DNA of 64,000 bases from positions 32,612,001 to 32,676,000 of the forward strand of contig OZ024740.1 in the NCBI GenBank assembly GCA_964016885.1, in the 5' to 3' direction. Below, piece after piece: positions 44,501-54,900 of this stretch (positions are counted from its first letter, which is position 1; each line of letters begins with the position of its first letter). The DNA comes from Eledone cirrhosa (lineage: Eukaryota). A program made the position numbers and the translations under genes. The notes beneath the pieces are model-generated. The model saw only the letters and a list, made by a program, of their open reading frames with translations, did no database searches and was not told where the DNA came from.

Positions 44501-46841
44501 AGGCTGGCCTTTTGAGTTACAAGTATACTCTATCAATAGGGTGACAAGGATGGCCTTTGAATTACAGGTGCAGTCTATAAATAGTGTGTCACAGCTGGCC
44601 TGTGATTTACAGATACCGTCTATCAAAAGTGTGACAAGGCTGGCCTTTGAATTACAGGTAGAGTCTATCAATAGTGTGACAAGGCTGGCCTTTTGAATAA
44701 CAGGTACAGTCTACCAATAATGTGACAGGCTGGCCTTTCAAATACCGGTACATTCTATCAATACTGTGACAAGTCTGGCCTTTTGAATTACAGGTACAGT
44801 CTGTCAATAGTGTGACAAGGGTGGCCGTTTTAATTACAGGTACAGTCTGTCAATAGTGTGACAAGGCTGGCCTTTGAATCACAGGTACAGTCTATCAATA
44901 GTGTGACAAGGCTGGCCTTTTGAATTACAGGTACAGTCTATTAATAGTGTGAAAAGGCAGGGCTTTGACTTAGAGGTACAGTCTATTAATAGTGTGACAA
45001 AGCTGGCATTTGAATTACAGGTACTGTCTATCAATAGTGTGACAAGGCTGGCCTTTGAATCACAGGTACAGTCTATCAATAGTGTGACAAGGCTGGCCTT
45101 TTGAATTACAGGTACAGTCTATTAATAGTCTGAAAAGGCAGGGCTTTGACTTAGAGGTACAGTCTATTAATAGTGTGACAAAGTTGGCCTTTGAATTACA
45201 GGTACAGTCAATCAATAGTGTGACAAGTCTGGCCTTTGAATTACAGGTACAGTCTATCAATAGTGTGACAAGGCTGGGCGTTTGAATTACAGGTGCAGTC
45301 TATCAATATTGTGACAAGGCTGGACGTTTGAATTACAGGTATAGACTATCAATAGTGTGACAAGGCTGGCGTTTGAATTACAGGTGCAGTCTATCAATAT
45401 TGTGACAAAGCTGGCCTTTTGAATTACAGGTACAGTCTATCAATAGTGTGACAAGGCTGGCCTTTGAATTACAGATTCAGTCTATTAATAGTGTGACAAG
45501 GCTGGCCTTTGAATTACAGGTACAGTCTATCAATCGTGTGACAAGGCTGGCCTTTGACTTACAGGTACAGTCTATTAATAGTGTGACAAGGCTGGCCTTT
45601 GACTTACAGGTACAGTCTATTAATAGTGTGACAAGGCTGGCCTTTTGAATTACAGGTACAGTCTATCAATAGTGTGACGAGGCTGGCCTTTGAATTACAG
45701 GTACCGTATTTTAATAGTGTGACAGAGCTGTCCTTTGAATTACAGGTACAGTCCATCAATAGTGTTACAAGGCTGGCCTTTGAATTACAGGTGCAGTCTA
45801 TCAATACTGTGTCGAGGCTGGCCTTTGAATTACAGGTACAGTCTATCAATAGTGTGACAAGGCTGGCCTTTTGAATTACAGGTAGAGTCTATCAATAGTG
45901 TGACAAGGCTGGCCTTTTGAATAACAGGTACAGTCTACCAATAGTGTGACAGGCTGGCCTTTCAATTACCGGTACATTCTATCAATACTGTGACAAGTCT
46001 GGCCTTTTGAATTACAGGTACAGTCTATCAATAGTGTGACAAGGGTGGCCGTTTTAATTACAGGTACAGTCTATCAATAGTGTGACAAGGCTGGCCTTTT
46101 GAATTACAGGTACAGTCTATTAATAGTGTGAAAAGGCAGAGCTTTGACTTAGAGGTACAGTCTATTAATAGTGTGACAAAGCTGGCCTTTGAATTACAGT
46201 TACTGTCTATCAATAGTGTGACAAGGCTGGCCTTTGAATCACAGGTACAGGCTATCAATAGTGTGACAAGTCTGGCCTTTTGAATTACAGGTACAGTCTA
46301 TTAATAGTGTGAAAAGGCAGGGCTTTGACTTAGAGGTACAGTCTATTAATAGTGTGACAAAGCTGGCCTTTGAATTACAGGTACAGTCAATCAATAGTGT
46401 GACAAGGCTGGCCTTTGAATTACAGGTACAGTTTATCAATAGTGTGACAAGGCTGGTCGTTTGAATTACAGGTGCAGTCTATCAATATTGTGACAAGGCT
46501 GGACGTTTGAATTACAGGTACAGTCTATCAATAGTGGGACAAGGCTGGCCTTTGAATTACAGATACAGTCTATTAATAGTGTGACAAGGCTGGCCTTTGA
46601 ATTACAGGTACAGTCTATCAATATTAGAACAAGGCTGGTCTTTGAATTACAGGTACAGTCTATCAATAGTGTGACAAGGCTGGCCTTTGAATTACAGGTA
46701 CAGTCTATCAATAGTGTGACAAGGCTTGCTTTTGACTTACTGGTACAGTCTATCAATCGTGTGACAAGGCTGGCCTTTGACTTACAGGTACAGTCTATTA
46801 ATAGTGTGACAAGGCTGGCCTTTTGAATTACAGGTACAGTC

Positions 46842-47213
46842 TATAGCGAGATTACTGGGTTGTATGAATGTAACAAAACGAGACATGGTTTGTGTGTATA
46901 ATATTTAATTAACAATGGTAGATAGTATAGTTGACATGTCAATAGGAATAGATGTTAGAATGAAACAAAGTTAGTAGTTACCGTTTTGATTGCCAGGCAA
47001 ACGCGGCTGGCAGACGACGCCTGGCTAAGGCCAGGCGCCTGTTGGCCAAATTAATGGCAGAGCCGAATGAGAGGCTCTTGACCTGGTGCCGAAAAGGCAA
47101 AGAGAGAAAGAGTGGTTAAAGTTGTTAGTTTTATAAGGCTCTGACCGGAAGTTACAGAAAGGGCTCCACTTCCCGTCTAGATCCCAATCAAAACAAGGGA
47201 GACAACCGCTACA
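46842..47213 (-). repeat. 3' LTR (372 bp)
   Basis: Direct repeat of 48614-48985; preceded on the minus strand by the PPT-like tract. Confidence 0.95.
46904..46909 (-). terminator. Putative polyadenylation signal ATTAAA in the 3' LTR
   Basis: Plus-strand TTTAAT about 60 bp from the LTR 3' end, consistent with minus orientation. Motif match only. Confidence 0.4.
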
Positions 47214-47228
47214 TAACCTCCCGCCAGA
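47214..47228 (-). promoter_or_regulatory. Polypurine-tract-like sequence
   Basis: Minus strand reads TCTGGCGGGAGGTTA immediately before the TGTAG start of the 3' LTR. Short and imperfect, but in the expected position. Confidence 0.6.
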
Positions 47229-48250
47229 ATTTTAGTGTATAAAAATCGAAATGAAAATATGTAGCAAGTTGGCGAGAATGTTGTAACAGGCATGAAAATT
47301 ACGACAAAAGAATGTTTGGAAAAATCAATGATAGATATCAAGGTAGCCAACCGCTCTTGGCCAGAGAACGACTGGACATCCATCTATCCATCACCCAAAG
47401 ATACAATGTAATAAAGTAAAAGTAATAGAAGAGCTCAAAGTTCAAAATATAGTTCACAGGTGTGCAATCACATGACAGCAGGAAAGAAAGTGTGTTCCAG
47501 AGAATGAATACAGGTGGTTTCTGTTCTGTGGTATATCGTGAAATTTCCAACCTCCGAATGGATTTTCTCACAGGAAGAGTGCTGCAAAAATGAATTCTCT
47601 GGCTTTGGTGAAGCTGTATTGATGTATTGCTGTTGCTGTTATATTGCTGTTGCTGCTGCTGTTGTCTCGCTGAGTGAGCGTATTCGGTGTTTAAATTCAC
47701 AGTAAAAAAAAATTTTTTTAGAAAAAATGAGTTGCGCAAAGTGCTAGAAATAGCAGCCGAAGTTGATGGTCGATGTTGAGAATGCGTTGACCTGGAAGGG
47801 TCAAGAGGCCAGCAACCAGAGAAATAAGCATTCTTAATAAATGCGCGGTTATCAACTGTAAATTTACATTGTAAATTTATAAACCGGCAAATAGAAGAAT
47901 ATAGCTTAAGGCTGAAGAATCCGTGGTGAGAAATGTTATCTCTGGCGTGCGGCTGTCTGTGAATAGAGACATCTCTGTGAATCGAGAATTTGTGCTGCCT
48001 ACACGTGCCAATACAAGGTTGAAAAAAAATAATATTTCTAACGCGCGAGAAAATTATAGTGCAATGTTGAAAGTGACAATGATGAAAAAGAAAGGCTTCA
48101 CTCAGCATAATTATTGGTGTGAACTTTGGAAAAAAACAAAAAACTTGAACGATGAAGAAAACGATGAACAAAAAGGCAATGGTTCATCGAAAATAAATGT
48201 TCCTGTTGAAATGTTTTTTAAAGAATATGAAATTTCTTTTTTTTTTTGTG

Positions 48251-48381
48251 TGTTTTGAAAGAGTTCGTTGTAAGAAATGAGAAACATATATATATATCGT
48301 GAAATGTTTTATTTTTTTTTTTTTTGTTTTGAAAGTGTTCGTTGTAAGAAACGAGAAACATATATATATATTGGTGAAATG
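48251..48381. repeat. Imperfect tandem duplication (period 74 bp) in the element interior
   Basis: TGTTTTGAAAG(A/T)GTTCGTTGTAAGAAA(T/C)GAGAAACA(TA)n...GTGAAATG starts at 48251 and again at 48325. Confidence 0.85.
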
Positions 48382-48580
48382 CGACAGTTAATTGATGCGT
48401 GAGAGAAAAAGTCTGTCTGTGCGAATTCCACATGTGCGTGTGTGCGTGTCTTTGAGTATTTTCATAGTTTGTCGCTAAATTTGCTGTGTATTCGTAATGT
48501 TACTCACAAAACCAGATGTGCTATTTTTTTCTTTTTTTTTGGGGGGGGGGGGGGGGGGGTGACCACTTATAGCGATGAAC

Positions 48581-48612
48581 GGCTGCGTGTTCGTATCACG
48601 TCAGGGTTACCA
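48581..48612 (-). promoter_or_regulatory. Primer-binding site complementary to the 3' end of tRNA-Trp, extended to 32 nt
   Basis: Plus strand GGCTGCGTGTTCGTATCACGTCAGGGTTACCA versus metazoan tRNA-Trp 3' end as recalled, GGCTGCGTGTTCGAATCACGTCGGGGTCA+CCA: 29/32 identical, including the post-transcriptional CCA. Confidence 0.88.
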
Positions 48613-48613
48613 A

Positions 48614-48985
48614 TATAGCGAGAGTACTGGATTGTATGAATGTAACAAAACGAGACATGGTTTGTGTGCATAATATTTAATTAACAATGGTAGATAGTAT
48701 AGTTGACATGTCAATAGGAATAGATGTTAGAATGAAACAAAGTTAGTAGTTACCATTTTGATTGCCAGGCAAACGCGGCTGGCAGAGGACGCCTGGCTAA
48801 GGCCAGGCGCCTGTTGGCCAAATTAATGGCAGAGCCGAATGAGAGGCTCTTGACCTGGTGCCGAAAAGGCAAAGAGAGAAAGAGTGGTTAAAGTTGTTAG
48901 TTTTATAAGGCTCTGACCGGAAGTTACAGAAAGGGCTCCACTTCCCGTCTAGATCCCAATCAAAACAAGGGAGACAACCGCTACA
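48614..48985 (-). repeat. 5' LTR (372 bp), TGTAGCG...CGCTATA in element orientation
   Basis: Direct repeat of 46842-47213 with 5 substitutions counted by eye; followed on the minus strand by 1 nt and the PBS. Confidence 0.95.
48901..48924 (-). promoter_or_regulatory. Putative LTR promoter: TATA box with an adjacent ETS-consensus site
   Basis: Minus-strand TATAAAA (48901-48907), ACCGGAAGT at 48916-48924 just upstream and a pyrimidine-rich stretch about 25 nt downstream. Same motifs at 47129-47152 in the other LTR. Motif match only. Confidence 0.5.
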
Positions 48986-51900
48986 AGTCTATCAATAGTG
49001 TGACGAGGCTGGCCTTTGAATTACATGTACCGTATTTTAATAGTGTGACAGAGCTGGCCTTTGAATTACAGGTACAGTACATCAATAGTGTTACAAGGCT
49101 GGCCTTTGAATTACAGGTACAGTCTATCAATAGTGTGTCGAGGCTGGCCTTTGAATTACAGGTACAGTATTTTAATAGTGTGACAGAGCTGGCCTTTGAA
49201 TTACAGGTACAGTCCATCAATAGTGTTACAAGGCTGGCCTTTTGAATTACAGGTGCAGTCTATCAATACTGTGTCGAGGCTGGCCTTTGAATTACAGGTA
49301 CAGTATTTTAACAGTGTGACAGAGCTGGCCCATTAATTACAGGTGCAGTCTATCAATGCTGTGACAAGGCTGACGCTTGAATTACAGGTACAGTCTATTA
49401 ATAGTGTGACAAGTCTGGCCTTTTGAATACAGGTACAGTCTATCAAAAGTGTGACAAGGCTGGCCTTTCGAATTACAGGTACAGTCTATCAATAGTGTGA
49501 CAAGGCTAGCCTTTTGAATTACAGGTACAGTCTATCAATAATATGACAAGGCTGGCCTTTTGAATTGCAGGTACAGTCTATCAATAGTGTGACAAGGTTG
49601 GCTTTTTGAATTACATGTACAGTCTATTAATAGTGTGACAAGGCTGGCCTTTGAATTACAGGTACAGTCTATCAATAGTGTGACAAGGCTGGGCATTTGA
49701 ATTACAGGTGCAGTCTATCAATATTGTGACAAGGCTGGACGTTTGAATTACAGGTATAGACTATCAATAGTGTGACAAGGCTGGCCTTTGAATTACAGGT
49801 ACAGTCTATTAATAGTGTAACAAGGCTGGCCTTTTGAATTACAGGTACAGTCTATCAATAGTGTGACAAGGCTGGCCTTTGAATTACAGATACAGTCTAT
49901 TAATAGTGTGACAAGGCTGGCCTTTGAATTACAGGTACAGTCTATCAATATTATAACAAGGCTGGTCTTTGAATTACAGGTACAGTCTATCAATAGTGTG
50001 ACAAGGCTGGCCTTTGAATTACAGGTACAGTCTATCAATAGTGTGACAAGGCTTGCCTTTGACTTACTGGTACAGTATATTAATAGTGTGACAAGGCTGG
50101 CCTTTGAATTACAGGTACAGTCTAACAATAGTGTGACAAGGCTGGCCTTTTTAATTACAGGTACAGTCTATCAATAGTGTGATGAGGCTGGCCTTTGAAT
50201 TACAGGTACGGTCCATCAATAGTGTTACAAGGCTGGCCTTTGAATTACAGGTGCAGTCTATCAATACTGTGACGAGGCTGGCCTTTAAATTACAGGTACA
50301 GTCTATTAATAGTGTGACAAGGCTGGCCTTTGGATTACAGGTACAGTCTATGAATAGTGTGACAAGGCTGGCCTTTGAATTACATGTACAGTCTATCAAT
50401 AGTGTGACAAGGCTAGCCTTTTGAATTACAGGTACAGTCTATCAATAATATGACAAGGCTGGCTTTTTGAATTACAGGTACAGTCTATCAATAATGTGAC
50501 AAGGTTGGCTTTTTGAATTACATGTACAGCCTATCAATAGTGTGACAAGGCTGGCCTTGGAATTACAGGTACAGTCTATCAATAGTGTGACAAGGCTGGC
50601 CTTTTGAATTACAGGTGCAGTCTATCAAAAGTGTGACAAGGCTGGCCTTTTGAATTACAGGTACAGTCTATCAATAATGTGACAAGGCTGGCCTTTGAAT
50701 TACAGGTGCAGTCTATCAATAGTGTGACAAGGCTGGCTTTTGAATTACAGGTGCAGTCTATCAATAGTGTGACAAGGCTGGCTTTTGAATTACAGGTACA
50801 GTCTATCAATAGTGTGACAAGGCTTTGAATTACAGGTACAGTCTATCAATAGTGTGACAGGGTGGCCTTTTGAATTACAGGTACAGTCTATCAATAGTGT
50901 AACAAGGGTGGCCTTTTGAATTACAGGTACAGTCTATCAATAGTGTGACAAGGCTGGCCTTTTGAATTACAGGTACAGTCTATCAATAGTGTGACAAGGA
51001 GGCCTTTTGAATTACAGGTACAGTCTATCAATATTGTGACAAGGCTGGACGTTTGAATTACAGGTACAGTCTATCAATAGTGTGACAGGGCTGGCATTTG
51101 AATTACAGGTACAGTCTATCAATAGTGTGACAAGGAGGCCTTTTGAATTAGAGGCACAGTCTATCAATAGTGTGACAAGGCTGGCTTTTGAATTACAGGT
51201 ACAGTCTATCAATAGTGTGACAAGGCTGGCCTTTTGAATTACAGGTGCAGTCTATCAATAGTGTGACAAGGCTGGCTTTTGAATTACAGGTACAGTCTAT
51301 CAATAGTGTGACAAGGCTGGCCTTTTGAATTACAGGTGCAGTTTATTAATAGTGTGACAAGGCTGGCCTTTTGAATTACAGGTACAATCTATTAATAGTG
51401 TGTAAAGGCAGGGCTTTGACTTTGAGGTACAGTCTATTAATAGTGTGACAAAGCTGGCCTTTGAATTACAGGTACAGTCTATCAATAGTGTGACAAGGCT
51501 GGCCTTTGTATTACAGGTACAGACTATCAATATCGTGACATGGCTAGCCTTTTGAATTACAGGAACAGTCTATCAATAGTGTGACAAGGCTGGCCTTTGT
51601 CTTACAGGTGCAGTCTATTAATAGTGTGACAAGGCTGGCCTTTTGATTACAGGTACAGTCTATCAATAGTGTGACAAGGCTGGCCTTTGAATTACAGGTA
51701 CAGTCTATCAATAGTGTGACAAGGCTTGCCTTTGACTTACTGGTACAGTCTATCAATAGTGTGACAAGGCTGGCCTTTGAATTACAGGTACAGTATTTTA
51801 ATAGTGTGACAGAGCTGGTTTTTTTAATTACAGGTACAGTCTATCAATAGTGTGACAATGCTGGCCTTTGAATTACAGGTACAGTCTATTAATAGAGTGA

Positions 51901-54900
51901 CAAGGCTGGCCTTTTGATTACAGGTACAGTCTATCAATAGTTTGACAAGAAAGGCCTTTTGATTTACAGGTACAGTCTATCAATAGTGTGACAAGGCTGG
52001 CCTTTTGAATTACAGGTACAGTCTATCAATAGTGTGACAAGGCTGGCCTTTGAATTACAGATACAGTCTATTAATAGTGTGACAAGGCTGGCCTTTGAAT
52101 TACAGGTACAGTCTATCAATATTATAACAAGGCTGGTCTTTGAATTACAGGTACAGTCTATCAATAGTGTGACAAGGCTGGCCTTTGAATTACAGGTACA
52201 GTCTATCAATAGTGTGACAAGGCCTGCCTTTGACTTACTGGTACAGTATATTAATAGTGTGACAAGGCTGGCCTTTGAATTACAGGTACAGTCTAACAAT
52301 AGTGTGACAAGGCTGGCCTTTTTAATTACAGGTACAGTCTATCAATAGTGTGATGAGGCTGGCCTTTGAATTACAGGTACAGTCCATCAATAGTGTTACA
52401 AGGCTGGCCTTTGAATTACAGGTGCAGTCTATCAATACTGTGACGAGGCTGGCCTTTAAATTACAGGTACAGTCTATTAATAGTGTGACAAGGCTGGCCT
52501 TTTGATTACAGGTACAGTCTATGAATAGTGTGACAAGGCTGGCCTTTGAATTACATGTACAGTCTATCAATAGTGTGACAAGGCTAGCCTTTTGAATTAC
52601 AGGTACAGTCTATCAATAATATGACAAGGCTGGCCTTTTGAATTACAGGTACAGTCTATCAATAATGTGACAAGGTTGGCTTTTTGAATTACATGTACAG
52701 CCTATCAATAGTGTGACAAGGCTGGCCTTGGAATTACAGGTACAGTCTATCAATAGTGTGACAAGGCTGGCCTTTTGAATTACAGGTGCAGTCTATCAAT
52801 AGTGTGACAAGGCTGGCCTTTTGAATTACAGGTACAGTCTATCAATGATGTGACAAGGCTGGCCTTTGAATTACAGGTGCAGTCTATCAATAGTGTGACA
52901 AGGCTGGCTTTTGAATTACAGGTGCAGTCTATCAATAGTGTGACAAGGCTGGCTTTTGAATTACAGGTACAGTCTATCAATAGTGTGACAAGGCTTTGAA
53001 TTACAGGTACAGTCTATCAATAGTGTGACAGGGTGGCCTTTTGAATTACAGGTACAGTCTATCAATAGTGTAACAAGGGTGGCCTTTTGAATTACAGGTA
53101 CAGTCTATCAATAGTGTGACAAGGCTGGCCTTTTGAATTACAGGTGCAGTCTATCAATAGTGTGACAAGGCTGGCTTTTGAATTACAGGTACAGTCTATC
53201 AATAGTGTGACAAGGCTGGCCTTTTGAATTACAGGTGCAGTTTATTAATAGTCTGACAAGGCTGGCCTTTTGAATTACAGGTACAATCTATTAATAGTGT
53301 GAAAAGGCAGGGCTTTGACTTAGAGGTACAGTCTATTAATAGTGTGACAAAGCTGGCCTTTGAATTACAGGTACAGTCTATCAATAGTGTGACAAGGCTG
53401 GCCTTTGTATTACAGGTACAGACTATCAATATCGTGACATGGCTAGCCTTTTGAATTACAGGAACAGTCTATCAATAGTGTGACAAGGCTGGCCTTTGAA
53501 TTACAGGTACAGTCTATCAATAGTGTGACAAGGCTTGCCTTTGACTTACTGGTACAGTCTATCACTAGTGTGACAAGGCTGGCCTTTGAATTACAGGTAC
53601 AGTATTTTAATAGTGTGACAGAGCTGGTTTTTTTTAATTACAGGTACAGTCTATCAATAGTGTGACAATGCTGGCCTTTGAATTACAGGTACAGTCTATT
53701 AATAGTGTGACAAGGCTGGCCTTTTGATTACAGGTACAGTCTATCAATAGTTTGACAAGAAAGGCCTTTTGATTTACAGGTACAGTCTATCAATAGTGTG
53801 ATAAGGCTGACATTTGAATTACAGGTACAGTGTATTAATAGTGTGACAAGGCTGGCCTTGTAATTACAGGTACAGTCTATCAAAAGTGTGACAAGGCTGG
53901 CCTTTCAAATTACAGGTACAGTCTATCAATAGTGTGACAAGGCTAGCCTTTTGAATTACAGGTACAGTCTATCAATAGTGTGACAAGGGTGGCCTTTTGA
54001 ATTACAGGTACAGTCTATCAATACTATGACAAGGCTGGCCTCTGAATTACAGGTACGCTCTTATAATAGTGTGACAAGGCTGGCCTTTTGAATTACAGGT
54101 ACAGTCTATCAATAGTGTGACAAGGCTGGACTTTCAATTACAGGTACAGTCTATGATTAGTGTGAGAAGGCTGGCCTTTGAATTACAGGTACAGTCTATT
54201 AACAGTGTGACAAGGAGGCCTTTTGAATTACAGGTACAGTCTATCAATAGTGTGACAAGGCTGGCCTTTTGAATTACAGGTACAGTCTATCAATAGTGTG
54301 ACAAGGCTGGCCTTTTGAATTACAGGTACAGTCTATCAATAGTGTGACAAGGAGGCCTTTTGAATTACAGGTACAGTCTATCAATAGTGTGACAAGGCTG
54401 GACGTTTGAATTACAGGTACAGTCTATCGATAGTGTGACAAGGCTGGCCTTTTGAATTACAGGTACAGTCTATCAATAGTGTGACAACGCTGGCCTTTTG
54501 AATTACAGGTACAGTCTATCAATAGTGTGACAAGGAGGCCTTTTGAATTACAGGTACAGTCTATCAATATTGTGACAAGGCTGGACGTTTGAATTACAGG
54601 TACAGTCTATCAATAGTGTGACAGGGCTGGCATTTGAATTACAGGTACAGTCTATCAATAGTGTGACAAGGAGGCCTTTTGAATTAGAGGCACAGTCTAT
54701 CAATAGTGTGACAAGGCTGGGTTTTGAATTACAGGTACAGTCTATCAATAGTGTGACAAGGCTGGCCTTTTGAATTACAGGTGCAGTCTATCAATAGTGT
54801 GACAAGGCTGGCTTTTGAATTACAGGTACAGTCTATCAATAGTGTGACAAGGCTGGCCTTTTGAATTACAGGTGCAGTTTATTAATAGTCTGACAAGGCT

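Larger units (their letters stand above)
1..46841. repeat. 45/46-bp tandem satellite DNA array, left segment (runs off the window start)
   Basis: Uninterrupted head-to-tail copies of GTCTATCAATAGTGTGACAAGGCTGGCCTTT(T)GAATTACAGGTACA in one orientation. Length varies mainly by T3/T4, with 47-bp and rarer indel variants. Confidence 0.99.
46842..48985 (-). mobile_element. Complete non-autonomous LTR retrotransposon (2144 bp), probably Ty3/Gypsy; tRNA-Trp priming resembles the CsRn1/Kabuki group
   Basis: Two 372-bp direct repeats, AGTC duplicated on both flanks (46838-46841, 48986-48989), tRNA-Trp-complementary PBS next to one LTR and a purine-rich tract next to the other. No recognisable RT or integrase in the 1.4-kb interior. 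Clade assignment is inference from primer, TSD length and termini. Confidence 0.93.

Noticed and set aside
47514-48433. Short ORFs inside the LTR element (63, 111 and 71 aa)
   Set aside because: Low complexity and no recognisable domain; the 111-aa frame is the in-register antisense of the long minus ORF.
48581-48612. tRNA-Trp gene
   Set aside because: Only the 3' 32 nt are present, with encoded CCA, adjacent to an LTR. This is a primer-binding site, not a gene.
46842-48985. Element length (2.14 kb) similar to common satellite duplication offsets
   Set aside because: No mechanism or sequence link is visible; treated as coincidence.
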